A stretch of DNA of 64,000 bases from NCBI GenBank assembly GCA_964532425.1, contig CAZHIA010000006.1:65343-129342 (forward strand), read 5' to 3'. The notes beneath the pieces are model-generated. The model was not told the DNA's origin. It worked only from the letters and a program-made list of their open reading frames with translations, and searched no databases. Both the position numbers and the translations under genes were made by a program. How positions within the stretch are numbered: position 1 is the first letter of the stretch; the number at the start of each line of letters is the position of its first letter. Below are positions 18,714 through 29,085 of this stretch, piece after piece. This stretch comes from an uncultured Candidatus Saccharibacteria bacterium. GTDB taxonomy: Bacteria > Patescibacteriota > Doudnabacteria > UBA920.

Positions 18714-20453
18714 TTAATGACTGACATATATCGTAACTGGTTTTTGGGCCAGGATATTGCCTGACTTGTCTTTGGCGACAAAATTTAGAGTGTATGGTCC
18801 GTTACCTCTCCAGTTCCAGTTGGTGACATCTGTGTCGAATTCCTTATGGGGGTAATCGGTATTATTCGTAGGCATGTTGACCAGGCCTCCCCCGTCGACT
18901 TGCCAGTACATAGTATAGGCCGACACGTCGGTATTCTGCAGCAAGCCTTTAAAAGGTACGCTCGAACCGCTGACGGTCGCTCCGTTCGTCGGCCACCATA
19001 TATCAATTGTGGAACCGCTGGGTGGCGGAGGGGTGGTAGTACCGCCAGAGGAGTTGATCTTCGCCGCATTATCATTCCAGACATAAAGCTGTGACCAGTT
19101 GTAGTTAAAGACTCCGACTTTAACGGTATATATTCCAGCGCTCGGCAATGTCCAATTGGACTGAAGTGTCTGCGTTTGTCCCCCGGCGAATGTTTGGTTG
19201 TTGAATACTTGTTGGAATACCCGCTGGTTGCTGTTATTGTAGACCTCAACATCAACTATGATCCCAGCAGCCTGGCCGCCGGTATCTGTCACGCTCGTGG
19301 TAATGGCCACATTTTGTCCGGCCGAGGCATTGGCGGGGTTGGTTGTTGCCGTGGCTGTAAATGCAGCATTGCCGGTAGGTGGCGGATTTGGAGAGCCGCT
19401 GCCTCCAAACCATTGAGTCATAACGTCCTGGGCGGGTTTATGCTGCGGCGTGTAGTCTGTATTTCCCGGCCAACCGGCATTCGGATCGCTCTTCCATTCC
19501 CAGAGTTGAACGCCGGCCATATTCGATTGGCGGCTCCAGTAATCGAACAAAGCCGTATAATCATTGGCTTGTTCGGTGCCGTCATAGCCGCTGCCATAAC
19601 TATAGTCCCATGGCTGGGTATGGGATCCTCCGGAACTCTTATAACCAATCTCGGTAAACACCACCGGCTTATTCCAGCGCTGCGAGAGTGGTGTGATATC
19701 GTTGCGGTTAATGCTGTCCCACGCGCTCTCCAGCCCACTCACCGAATTGTCCGAGTAGAGGTTGAAGTAGGCGGAGATGCCGATATAATCGAGACTGTCC
19801 CAAAACTGGATATTATTTTTTTCGTCAGCAAAACCCCCTGACCCCCAATTGGCGCTGTACGTGAGTTTGCCCGAATATACCCCACGTACTTTTTCGATCA
19901 AGGTTTTCCAATTTTGAGTATTGCTGCCATTGGCTGAAGCGGTCGACATATCGATCAATTCGGTCCCAAGACAGATATCCTCGGCTCCGTGGGCTTGGGC
20001 GATCTGGGCGTAATGAATTATAAAGTTGCCGTAATTGGTGAACCAACCGTTCCGATCCGAGGGGTTAATGTACGCGCGCCAGTCGCCTGTGTAACTTTCC
20101 AGATGCGGTTTGATCATTACTTTCATGCCTTTGCTGTGGATGTAATCAATGGCTGATGCTAACGACTGGTCGGTGGGTGTATCCCCGCCGGTTTGGATGT
20201 CGGTTGAATAGAGGTTTGACTGGTACAGGTTAAAGACTAGAGAGACATAGTTGGCGTGCGTAGCGGCGAGGTTATCTACGCTTTGCATGAACGAGCTGCT
20301 GCCGAAGTCTCCATTCCAGGTGGCACGAATGCTTGCGCCTTCTTGCCAGCCTGCTATTGATGCCTGCGCATGTGGAGGTTGCATGAACATACCTCCCGCA
20401 AGCAGCATTATCAGACTCGCAACTGATAATCGAGTTAAGTGGGTGTTGCGCAT
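18714..20453 (-). CDS. Secreted glycoside hydrolase, GH113 (beta-mannanase-like), with C-terminal Ig/CBM-like domains
   Basis: Signal peptide; GMKVMIKPHL, LGTEL, TYSANW, FWDSLDYIGISAYF, VFTEIGY; Pro/Thr linkers. Confidence 0.8.
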   Translation of the reverse strand: MRNTHLTRLSVASLIMLLAGGMFMQPPHAQASIAGWQEGASIRATWNGDFGSSSFMQSVDNLAATHANYVSLVFNLYQSNLYSTDIQTGGDTPTDQSLASAIDYIHSKGMKVMIKPHLESYTGDWRAYINPSDRNGWFTNYGNFIIHYAQIAQAHGAEDICLGTELIDMSTASANGSNTQNWKTLIEKVRGVYSGKLTYSANWGSGGFADEKNNIQFWDSLDYIGISAYFNLYSDNSVSGLESAWDSINRNDITPLSQRWNKPVVFTEIGYKSSGGSHTQPWDYSYGSGYDGTEQANDYTALFDYWSRQSNMAGVQLWEWKSDPNAGWPGNTDYTPQHKPAQDVMTQWFGGSGSPNPPPTGNAAFTATATTNPANASAGQNVAITTSVTDTGGQAAGIIVDVEVYNNSNQRVFQQVFNNQTFAGGQTQTLQSNWTLPSAGIYTVKVGVFNYNWSQLYVWNDNAAKINSSGGTTTPPPPSGSTIDIWWPTNGATVSGSSVPFKGLLQNTDVSAYTMYWQVDGGGLVNMPTNNTDYPHKEFDTDVTNWNWRGNGPYTLNFVAKDKSGNILAQKPVTIYVSH

Positions 20454-20584
20454 AGTGGTATATATTATTTAAACTGCCAAAAATCGCGGACTTGCCGTAT
20501 CACACAAAATCGCATAAAACCGTTTTGGCAGATTTTCAAAGCCCACCCATAATGGGTGGGCTTAGAGATTTTGCCTGGTGTCAC

Positions 20585-20842
20585 CTAGACGTTTCCTCGC
20601 CCTGTCCAAACCGCACGGCTGATCCAGATGAGCACAATGCTGCCCAAAATGGCTACCAACAGGCTGGAGAGGTTGAATCCGGACATTCCCCGACCGCCGG
20701 CGAGCGTCATGATCCAGCCGCCAAGGACTGCGCCGAGGATGCCTAAAATAATGTCACCGAGTATGCTGCGATTGCTTTCGGTAATGAGCGACGCAATCCA
20801 ACCGGCGACCCCACCTAATACTATCCAAAGGATAATATTCAT
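20585..20842 (-). CDS. GlsB/YeaQ/YmgE family (transglycosylase-associated) membrane protein
   Basis: WIVLGGVAGWIASLI...DIILGILGAVLGGW...SLLVAILGSIVLI; SD GGAGG. Confidence 0.88.
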   Translation of the reverse strand: MNIILWIVLGGVAGWIASLITESNRSILGDIILGILGAVLGGWIMTLAGGRGMSGFNLSSLLVAILGSIVLIWISRAVWTGRGNV

Positions 20843-21017
20843 ATGTAAGCCTCCACGTGACCGGCCGTGGTTCTTCATGGCCGGAACACCGCAATTCGAT
20901 GCGGTGTTAATTATTGATTAGTGCACAGTTTCTGACGTATTGTGCCAATATCCCTTACGAAAACAGACCCTCGGGAGTGTGGGGGTCTGTTTAATCTGTA
21001 AAGCTGTTGCGAGCGGG

Positions 21018-21893
21018 TTACTTGAGGAACTTTTGTTTGTTCAGCAGATGCTCTTCATATGTTTTGCTATATACCGGTTCTCCGCTCGGTTGTTTGTGAA
21101 GGAAAAAATAGTAATCGGTAGATGTCGGGTACAGTACGGCCATCAGTGACGATAGTGAGGGGTTGCAGATTGGCCCCGGTGGCAAGCCGGCGTGTCGGTA
21201 GGTGTTATAGGGGGTATCGATCTGCGTATCAGCTTCGCTGACTGCCGGCGTATTCTTTTTGGTAACGTAATTGATGGTTGCATCGCTGGCCAGCGGCATA
21301 CCGGCCTTCAGGCGGTTGTAAAAGATACCGGCGATGATCTTGCGCTCGTTATCCAGAGCTGTGCGTTGCTCGGCGGAAACTGCATTACGCCCGGTTTCCC
21401 GCTCTACGATAGAAGCCAATATGACTGCCTGGTGAACCGACATGCCGAGCTCCTGGGTCCTGCTACGCATTTCCGGTGTGAATTTTCGTTCGAAGTTCGC
21501 GAGAGCTTTTGCGATAAGCGTTTCAGCGCTGGCGGTGGGACTCGACGCGTTAATCGGTACAAAATATGTATCCGGAAACAAATACCCTTCTAGGCTGGAA
21601 CTGGCTGGTTTGTGGGCGATATCGGGAAAATCGTTCAGCGGAAAAGCCTGGGCAATCCGATAAAAATCAGCAGGGGTGGTAAGATGTTCCGGCTCTCGTT
21701 TATCATGGTGGTCAAGATCTCGAGCTATATCGTCCATGGTCCACCCTTCGATGACAGTGACTTTCGCCTGAGGTGCCTGGACAGTTGTTGCCGGTGTGCG
21801 CTGGTGGCGGCTTTTGACATAGGAAATACCGGCTGCCGCTGCAATAGCCGTGATGATGACCGCGATAATGATGGATAAAATAAAGCGCTTCAT
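21018..21893 (-). CDS. mltG: Endolytic transglycosylase MltG
   Basis: VTVIEGWT, LEGYLFPDTY, LASIVERE, NRLKAGMPL, PYNTY..GLPPGPICNP. Confidence 0.93.
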   Translation of the reverse strand: MKRFILSIIIAVIITAIAAAAGISYVKSRHQRTPATTVQAPQAKVTVIEGWTMDDIARDLDHHDKREPEHLTTPADFYRIAQAFPLNDFPDIAHKPASSSLEGYLFPDTYFVPINASSPTASAETLIAKALANFERKFTPEMRSRTQELGMSVHQAVILASIVERETGRNAVSAEQRTALDNERKIIAGIFYNRLKAGMPLASDATINYVTKKNTPAVSEADTQIDTPYNTYRHAGLPPGPICNPSLSSLMAVLYPTSTDYYFFLHKQPSGEPVYSKTYEEHLLNKQKFLK

Positions 21894-22025
21894 AGTAAAT
21901 ACAATATCCGTGAAACGGCTGAGTAGTATTGCCAGTTGCTAAATTAGCAGCCGATAGATAGTAAACATCCAATAAGAGCATGCTTATTGGATGTGATAGT
22001 TCAATGTATTTAAAACGTATTCTCT

Positions 22026-22466
22026 CTACTCCCCTATAACCTTCAGATACAATTCGCGGCTTCTGCCGCCGTCAAATTCCACAAAAAAGATGCTTTGCTT
22101 GCCACCGAGGAGTAATGCGCCGTGCTCGATGATCAGGGTTTCCGAAGAACCGGCCAGGAAAGCTTTGACATGGGCGTTGCCGTTTGAACGCTCGTTCGGT
22201 GCGACATTCTGCCTGACTTCGAACAGGTCGTGACTGTAACTCATATCCATAGGAACCAGGCGGTAAACCGCTTTCATAATATCCTGCATGAGCAGCGGTT
22301 CATTGTGGTTAATTCGAACCGTCGCGGTGGTGTGCGGGCAGAACAGGACTGCCATCCCCTGCATGATGTTAGTATCGGCCACTGCTGCCTTGATTTTATC
22401 AGTGATATCGATCAGCTCAAACTGTTTCTGTGAATTGAGGTAAATTTTTTTGAAGATGTTTTTCAT
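22026..22466 (-). CDS. yjbQ: YjbQ/UPF0047 family protein
   Basis: DITDKI, FCPHTTA, NGNAHVKA, LLGGKQSIFFVEFDGGRSR. Confidence 0.88.
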   Translation of the reverse strand: MKNIFKKIYLNSQKQFELIDITDKIKAAVADTNIMQGMAVLFCPHTTATVRINHNEPLLMQDIMKAVYRLVPMDMSYSHDLFEVRQNVAPNERSNGNAHVKAFLAGSSETLIIEHGALLLGGKQSIFFVEFDGGRSRELYLKVIGE

Positions 22467-22510
22467 TTGTGTTTACGATTTACGCTAATAGTATACCACA
22501 AAATCGGCAG

Positions 22511-24184
22511 TTATGCCTGTTTGGCAAAGTCAAAGGAACTGGCTTTGAGGTTGCTGTTGAGCGGTAAAGTGAAGATAAAATGCGAGCCTTTGCCGATTCC
22601 GCCGCTTTCCACCCATATCTTGCCCTGATGCTGGTTGATGATAACTTTTGCTACATAAAGCCCGAGTCCCAGTCCGGCGCTTTGTTGTATGGACTCTTTG
22701 CCGCGGGTATATTTCTCAAAAATCGTGCTAAGGTCCTCGGTTGGGATGCCTTTGCCCGAATCTTCAACTTCGAAGCGGACCTCTTCGGTATTGTAGGTCA
22801 GGCGAATCTGGATGCTGCCGCTCTTGGTATACTTGATGGCGTTATCGACAAGATTGTTAATGACCTGCCGCAGCTTCTCCCGGTCTGCAGTCACGAGCGG
22901 GATATGGTCTGATTGGGCTTTTAAGGTCATCTTTAAGTGCTTTTCTTCCGCCAGAGGGAGTAGCTGCTCGTAGGTGATGTGTGTCAGTTCGAAGATATCA
23001 ACTTTTTCGAAGAGAAATTCCATCTTGCCGCGTTCGATGCGGGAGACATTCAAGATGTCCTCAATCAGCGAAATGAGAAGGTTGTTGGCGCGGTCGGCCT
23101 TGGAAAGTGCCTCGGTAACGTCCTTAGGGAGCTTGCCGAAGTCTCCGGCAATGACCCCGCTCAAATACCATTTGACCGTGGCTGGCGGCGTGCGCAGCTG
23201 GTGGCTGGCGATGGAAATAAATTCAGCTCGCGCTTTGTCGAGGGCTTTAAGCTGCTGGTTGGCGTCAGCCAGTTCCGTGGTCAGTTTTTCCAGCTCTTCG
23301 CGCTGCTGGACCTCCTGGATGACTGAGCGAATCAGGATTATCCCAAGGCTGAGAAGCAGCAGGAACAGGAACGAACGGAAAATGAGGATGGTCAGCGAAT
23401 TGGAGATAATCACTTCCACGAACACGGCACTGGTCAGCACGAAGACCGCGATCTCTGTGGACAGGATTTTGGTCTGCAGGAGTTTGTGGCGAATAATGGC
23501 ATAGCTCATACAGATGATGAACGGGAAGAAAAATAGTCCGCCAAGGGAAATGAAGCTGGAATTGTTCGAGATGGTCGGCAGTACGAAGTTGAAGTTAATG
23601 ACCAGGCTGAACGTGATCAGCGTGCCGATCAGGATAATAATCAATGGTTTTTTTGCCTTATCATGGGTGGTGGCAATTTTTTTTGCCAGGAGGAAGATGC
23701 CGGAAAGAACCAATCCGGAGGCAACCATCCCAAAGACCCCAATAGCCGGCCCATTCTGGATGCTGATCACTCTGCCATACTTATCGGTTTCTGCGACTCT
23801 TTCAAAGACCCACGGAGTCAGGGTAGCCAGGGCGCCAAACGCTGCTATGGAATTGACTGCATACTTGAACCAGTCGGGAAAATGCTTCTCCTCGTCAGGG
23901 AACACGTAAAATAAGCTGAATAACAGGTATGCTTGAACGATAGCAAGAAAGATTTCGAGGCGAAAGAACCACAAGGCGATTGTCGGATCGGAAATTTGGT
24001 AGGCAGAATAGTTAACGGCTCCCCAAACGCTCGTAATAAGGGAGAAAGCTAAAAAGAGTTTGCTGCTCAGGTTATTCTTATTATTCAAGTAGACGGTAAA
24101 CGCCAAAATGACGGTAGCGGCCATAGCCACACCGAGGGAAAGCAGGTCGACGTTTTGCAGAAGGGCAAGGCGGATGATGCTCAT
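22511..24184 (-). CDS. Sensor histidine kinase with N-terminal multi-TM (HisKA_7TM-like) receptor domain
   Basis: About 290 aa of successive TM helices, then FISIASHQLRTP (H box), NLVDNAIKYT, DSGKGI, GLGLGL. Confidence 0.92.
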   Translation of the reverse strand: MSIIRLALLQNVDLLSLGVAMAATVILAFTVYLNNKNNLSSKLFLAFSLITSVWGAVNYSAYQISDPTIALWFFRLEIFLAIVQAYLLFSLFYVFPDEEKHFPDWFKYAVNSIAAFGALATLTPWVFERVAETDKYGRVISIQNGPAIGVFGMVASGLVLSGIFLLAKKIATTHDKAKKPLIIILIGTLITFSLVINFNFVLPTISNNSSFISLGGLFFFPFIICMSYAIIRHKLLQTKILSTEIAVFVLTSAVFVEVIISNSLTILIFRSFLFLLLLSLGIILIRSVIQEVQQREELEKLTTELADANQQLKALDKARAEFISIASHQLRTPPATVKWYLSGVIAGDFGKLPKDVTEALSKADRANNLLISLIEDILNVSRIERGKMEFLFEKVDIFELTHITYEQLLPLAEEKHLKMTLKAQSDHIPLVTADREKLRQVINNLVDNAIKYTKSGSIQIRLTYNTEEVRFEVEDSGKGIPTEDLSTIFEKYTRGKESIQQSAGLGLGLYVAKVIINQHQGKIWVESGGIGKGSHFIFTLPLNSNLKASSFDFAKQA

Positions 24185-25263
24185 GGGGTGTTTTTGTATT
24201 CTACCTGAATAGGTAGTTTCGATGAATAATCCGTAGCCGGTTGAGCCTGGCCGATGCGCAGGATCATAGCCAGAGTTTGTCCCTGGGTCGAAAGAATTTC
24301 TTCAATTTCCCGATAAGATTCTTTGACCAGTGCAATATGGGATGGGTGCAGGGAGCCTGTCTGGTTAGCGTTGATGCGGTGCATAAGGAACAGTACTCCC
24401 GTAACTGGATGGGCGGACAAGCCGAGAGCTGTAGCTTCCAGCCAGATCCGCTGCGTTACCCGCCCAGCTTCCAGGAATCCTGCCGCATCGCTTTTGTTAT
24501 TCGGAACGCTTACTGCAACCAGTGCGCCCGAAGCCGCGTAAAGTTTGGCATTCTCATTGGCAATAATGCGGGAGAATCCCAAGCGATTGAGGAATTCTGC
24601 CCGGGCGCTGACGGAGTATTGTTTGAAGATGAAACGCGCAATAGCGTTCATTTCCAAAGTAGTGACATAGAGTCCAGTTCTGACTTGGCGTTCCTGCTGC
24701 TGGGTCCAGACTACATGATGGAAAAATATTTGTCTGAGGGTTGGTGTTTCCAGGACCGTGCGTTCATTGGCGCTGAGAGCCTTACCGAGGCGTTTGAGCT
24801 GTTCCTTGTCCTCACAAATAGTAATTTTGCACAGGCTATCGCCTCCCCTACTGCCGCAAGCGAGTATGCGGTGTTTAGCCGCATCCTGCAGTTTTTCGGC
24901 AAGGTAATGCCGGCGGTTGGTTTGCCGCTTTGCTATATAAGATGCGAGCGGATCCTGCGGAGTATTCGATTCAATCAAAGTAATTTCGGCGGTCAGATCG
25001 GGATTGCGATCATTCGGTAACAGCTTTACCTCGGCAGACAGCCCGTGCATGCTCGCGGCGATCATAATGTTCTCGATGAGCGCTCCATGTGCCAGGTAAG
25101 ACCCCTTCTGTTCATAGTTGTAGAATGGAATGTCGCGCTCGGGAAGGTTAAAGGTCCGTATGACCGATCCACTGACTTCAAAACGCCACGGCTGCGAATT
25201 ATCCCCGGACGGGGCATGCGCGGCAAGTTTTAAAATTTCACTAATGGTCTGTTCGGTGATCAT
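24181..25263 (-). CDS. Nitroreductase-fold FMN oxidoreductase (Acg/Rv1355c C-terminal type)
   Basis: AAHAPSGDNSQPWRF, HGALIEN, RQTNRR, AGRVTQRIWLEATALGLSAHP, ILRIG. Confidence 0.85.
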   Translation of the reverse strand: MITEQTISEILKLAAHAPSGDNSQPWRFEVSGSVIRTFNLPERDIPFYNYEQKGSYLAHGALIENIMIAASMHGLSAEVKLLPNDRNPDLTAEITLIESNTPQDPLASYIAKRQTNRRHYLAEKLQDAAKHRILACGSRGGDSLCKITICEDKEQLKRLGKALSANERTVLETPTLRQIFFHHVVWTQQQERQVRTGLYVTTLEMNAIARFIFKQYSVSARAEFLNRLGFSRIIANENAKLYAASGALVAVSVPNNKSDAAGFLEAGRVTQRIWLEATALGLSAHPVTGVLFLMHRINANQTGSLHPSHIALVKESYREIEEILSTQGQTLAMILRIGQAQPATDYSSKLPIQVEYKNTP

Positions 25264-26405
25264 AAACCGATCGTGCTTAAGAATGCTCGGGTGTGCTCTT
25301 GGCGTTCCTGTTCTTTTTCCGCAGTTGCATATCCGGTCTCAAAAATAGCATCCAGGTTGACCTGGTAACGGCCGGAAGCAGGATCCGTGTCTTTCGTCAC
25401 AATTTTGCGTACCAGGTACGGGATAACGCTGCCACACAGATTTGCTGCCGTGCCGAGCTGTGGCCAGGAGTACAGGGTGCGACCGACTTCGAGTACCGAA
25501 TCCTGCATCCGCGAGGTGGCTAATTCGGCTCCGGCGATGCGCGCAGCGGCTTTGGGGAGGTCCTGCGGAGAGAGTTGTTTGAAATGTTCCGCGGTCATAT
25601 CCCCCACCAGCCCGTTCAAAATCGGTGCATCAGGATTTCGGTCATAGCGCTCAACATCTACGAAAATATTATCGCCGTTATCAGTGCCCATGAGGACCGG
25701 AATGTGTCTGGCCTTTGCCGCCTCGCGGACTTTCAGTTTGAAGTAGGGCTGGTCCATTTCTTCGATCAGGATGTCCGCGCCGTCCAAAAATTCTCCCAGA
25801 TTGCCGTCGTTGAGCCCTTCGGGGTATATTTTAATTTCCGCATACGGGTTGATCTCGTATATCTGCCGGGCTACCAGCAGAGTTTTATTCAGCCCGACGC
25901 TGGTTATGCCGATTCTCAGCCGGTTGAGGTTGGATCCTGAGACTTCGTCGGGGTCGGCCAGACGCAAGTGCTTCGGACCGCCGTTCATGGCCAAGACCGC
26001 AGCCGCATGGCTTCCTACGCTTAAGCCGGCAATAGCCGCGGTGGCCTGGTAGTAAGTTTCTTGTTCATCTTTGGTGATGAGGTTGCGGTTTCTTCCCGTG
26101 CGCATTTCCAGAAATTCATGTTCCGGCAGTACGTGCACGAGTTTGGAGAGCCACGGGTAATAAAACCAGTTGCCGCAATCCTTGAGTGGTCGTCCTTGGC
26201 AGTACAGGGTAACAAAACCGGCGAGTTCCGCCTGATGGTCAGGCTGGAATCGGAATTGTGGGTTACGTAGCAGGAAGAGGTCTTCCAACAACGTTTCGTA
26301 CCGGTCGATAACCTCGACCTCGGATGATTCCTGCAGCTGCTTGAATAAGCGGTTATTTTCCGATGTGACCAAAAGGGGTTGGTGTTCCTGAGAGGGAGTC
26401 TTCAT
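25260..26405 (-). CDS. ThiF/E1-like adenylating enzyme (Rv1355c N-terminal type)
   Basis: WFYYPW..LVH.LP..EF...RT.RNRNLIT.EQ, IAGLSVGS, LADPD..SGSNLNR, IEEMD, DVERYD, SWPQL. Confidence 0.87.
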   Translation of the reverse strand: MKTPSQEHQPLLVTSENNRLFKQLQESSEVEVIDRYETLLEDLFLLRNPQFRFQPDHQAELAGFVTLYCQGRPLKDCGNWFYYPWLSKLVHVLPEHEFLEMRTGRNRNLITKDEQETYYQATAAIAGLSVGSHAAAVLAMNGGPKHLRLADPDEVSGSNLNRLRIGITSVGLNKTLLVARQIYEINPYAEIKIYPEGLNDGNLGEFLDGADILIEEMDQPYFKLKVREAAKARHIPVLMGTDNGDNIFVDVERYDRNPDAPILNGLVGDMTAEHFKQLSPQDLPKAAARIAGAELATSRMQDSVLEVGRTLYSWPQLGTAANLCGSVIPYLVRKIVTKDTDPASGRYQVNLDAIFETGYATAEKEQERQEHTRAFLSTIGL

Positions 26406-27925
26406 CGTTTTGCAAGTGAATTTTTAATAGCCCATCGCTGCTTTGTCCCTGGCGCAAAATAAGTCTTGTCTTCGTATGGCCAGAAGACGACGAGTGGATC
26501 GGTCTTGCCTCCGTATTCCTCCCGCGTTTTGCGGTATTCGGAATTTTCTTTGGTCAGGGTTCGAATAATGGCTTCCCGGCAGGCTCGGTTCAAACTGTCG
26601 GTGGACTGTATGCCGCGCTTGAGTTCAATATTGACGACAAAACGCTGGTCGGCATTTTTATTTTCACGAACCTGCATGCTGAACTTGCCTGTGATGGCTT
26701 TTTGCAAAGTTTTTTCAGTCAGGGCCTTGCGCACGGTTTGCGGATAGATTTGAAAAGCAAAAAAACTGACCGAAAAGTCGCTTCGTTCATGCACGTAGAC
26801 AAATGGCAGTTGCCACAGGGTGTCGCCCAGTTGCTTGTTGCCGGCTTCCATTATGAGATTCCTATCATGCAGCTGCCAGAGCGACTGCATCTGCTGAAAC
26901 GGGATAACCCCTCCCCTGTCCTTGAGGTCATAACGGACCAGAGGCAGTCCGGCACGGCTGGTGCAGGCAAGCTGGTTATTTACACTTTCGAAGAAAAATT
27001 GTTCCGGCAAATACTGGGTAAGGGTAGGCAGTTTGAATTTTTCGTTAAATAGGCTTTGGTACAACTTTTGATTCTTCACGGCTTCGCGGCGGATATAGAT
27101 GGAAACTGGCGTTTCATATGACATAGTTCCTAAATCTACAGTGCCATAGTGGTTTAAAGTGCTACGATATGGGTCTTTGCATCCGCAGGTCTTGAGAACG
27201 AAATCACGAAATTGTTCGCTGAAGCCTTCAGCAGAGAAGATGAAGCCAAGAGAAGTATCGGACCACTTGATGCCTTCGGCCAGCCCGTCTTCCAGAACAT
27301 CTTTCAAAAACGGAGCATACGCGCCGATGATGACCTGGTCGAATTTGTCCTTAAGGTTTTTGAAGGAGTTCAGAATCTCGCGCTTGTTAATCCCTGGCGT
27401 GATGATGCTCAGCGGATATTGCCCGCGCTGGGCAACTAATTGCACCGCTTCGTATGTGAAGACTCCCCCGATCCAAACTCCCATAGGGAAGGCATTTATA
27501 TACAGCGTGCTTTTGGAATGAATGGAAAAATTGGTCCGCAGGTATAACTCAGCCGTGAGGGCATATTGCAGGTCCTGTTCTCTGGTCCTTGGGAAGTAAA
27601 ACGGATTGCCGGTGGAACCGGAGGTGGCAGAAATGGTCCAAGCCTGGCGCTTGAACGCGCCGTCCCAGCAAAGGGCTTCTAAAGGATAACGCCGCAGATA
27701 ATCATCCTTGCTGGTCAGGGGTAGCTGCTGAAAATCCGAAAAAGTCTGGATCTTTTCCGGCTTGACCTTATTGATTTTTAGAAAATCCTTATAGGCAGGC
27801 ACCCGCGCGGCCATTTCCTGGAACAACTCTAATGCTTCCTGTTGCCCGCGTTGTTCCCAGTAGCGTGCAGGACGGGTTTTGAGTTGTTTTTCCAATGATA
27901 GGACAACGGCAGGTTTTATAGCCAT
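26402..27925 (-). CDS. Phenylacetate-CoA ligase (PaaK)-like AMP-forming ligase
   Basis: VPAYKDFL, LPLTSKDDYL, ATSGSTGNP P-loop, YGTVDLG, PLVRYDLKD. Confidence 0.85.
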   Translation of the reverse strand: MAIKPAVVLSLEKQLKTRPARYWEQRGQQEALELFQEMAARVPAYKDFLKINKVKPEKIQTFSDFQQLPLTSKDDYLRRYPLEALCWDGAFKRQAWTISATSGSTGNPFYFPRTREQDLQYALTAELYLRTNFSIHSKSTLYINAFPMGVWIGGVFTYEAVQLVAQRGQYPLSIITPGINKREILNSFKNLKDKFDQVIIGAYAPFLKDVLEDGLAEGIKWSDTSLGFIFSAEGFSEQFRDFVLKTCGCKDPYRSTLNHYGTVDLGTMSYETPVSIYIRREAVKNQKLYQSLFNEKFKLPTLTQYLPEQFFFESVNNQLACTSRAGLPLVRYDLKDRGGVIPFQQMQSLWQLHDRNLIMEAGNKQLGDTLWQLPFVYVHERSDFSVSFFAFQIYPQTVRKALTEKTLQKAITGKFSMQVRENKNADQRFVVNIELKRGIQSTDSLNRACREAIIRTLTKENSEYRKTREEYGGKTDPLVVFWPYEDKTYFAPGTKQRWAIKNSLAKR

Positions 27926-27932
27926 GGGCAGG

Positions 27933-28976
27933 TTAGTGTTTGTTAAATATTCGTTCAGCCATGGAGTCCGCTACGGCATTGGTTGAATTGCCGGTTTGTT
28001 TACTGGCTGTAAAGATTTTGCGCAACATGGTAGGGATATTCTCCAGCCGTTTGAGCAGGCGTTGTTCGTCCTGGTTGTGGTTTTCATACTCATCGACAAC
28101 CGAGATAAGCCCCCCGCCGTTGAGGACATAGTCAGGCGCGTACAGGATGCCGGAATTATGCAGCATGTCCCCTACCGAGGCTTCGGTCAGTTGTCCGTTG
28201 GCTCCGCCAGCAACGATCGCTGCTTTGATTTTGCCGATGTTTCCCTTGTTGAGAACCGGGCCCATGGCGCAGGGGCTGACAATATCGGTGCGCACATAGA
28301 GAATCTTATCCGGCGACATCAGCTCGATTTTGGGATATTTTTTCTTTGCTGCAGCCGCAGCCAGTGGGTTAATGTCTGCCGCATAAATGCGCTTGGCGTG
28401 CTTGTACACGAGGGACAGCAGGCTGCTGCCAATTTTGCCAAGGCCCTGAATGGCGATGCTTCTGCTGTTTAAAGATGAACTTCCAAAGACTTCCTGGAGA
28501 CATACTTCAATACCTTTGTGGATGCCGATGGCCGTATATAATACCGGATCAACTTCAACGCCAACCACGAAGGGGGTGGCTTTTTTCATGATTTTGACAT
28601 CGTGTGCGCTCACGCCAAGGTCTGCTCCGGTAACGAATTTGCCGCCGAGCATGCTGACGCGGTTGGCGTATGCCCCGAGCAATTGGCCTCTGCTTTTGAG
28701 CGCTTTGGGATTTGCTATAATGACCCCCTTGGCTCCCCCGTACTTAACCCCGGCCATGGCGGCTTTGTAGGACATGAGTCGTGAAAGCCGCAGGGCATCC
28801 CGCAGCGCATCCTGGTCATTGCCGTATACGGCAATGCGGGTTGCGCCAAAACTGGGAAACCCGTTATCGCCGCGATGCAGGGCAATATAAGCGGAGAGGT
28901 GCGATTTAGGATCTTCCACCCGCGCTACGAACCGGTGGTCATCAAACTCCCGAACCTGGGTATATGCTTCAGACAT
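27933..28976 (-). CDS. Leu/Phe/Val dehydrogenase
   Basis: DALRLSRLMSYK, GGAKGVI, TGADLG, IAIQGLGKIG, PCAMG, AGGANGQL, YAPDYVLNGGGLI. Confidence 0.9.
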   Translation of the reverse strand: MSEAYTQVREFDDHRFVARVEDPKSHLSAYIALHRGDNGFPSFGATRIAVYGNDQDALRDALRLSRLMSYKAAMAGVKYGGAKGVIIANPKALKSRGQLLGAYANRVSMLGGKFVTGADLGVSAHDVKIMKKATPFVVGVEVDPVLYTAIGIHKGIEVCLQEVFGSSSLNSRSIAIQGLGKIGSSLLSLVYKHAKRIYAADINPLAAAAAKKKYPKIELMSPDKILYVRTDIVSPCAMGPVLNKGNIGKIKAAIVAGGANGQLTEASVGDMLHNSGILYAPDYVLNGGGLISVVDEYENHNQDEQRLLKRLENIPTMLRKIFTASKQTGNSTNAVADSMAERIFNKH

Positions 28977-29085
28977 GGTGTTAACTGGTGCTTTTTGTAT
29001 CTTAGGCGAACTTTTTTCTAAAGATAGTATATCACTTTTTTCTTAAATATGCTATAATTAGAATGAATTTAAGCAATTTTGTCAC

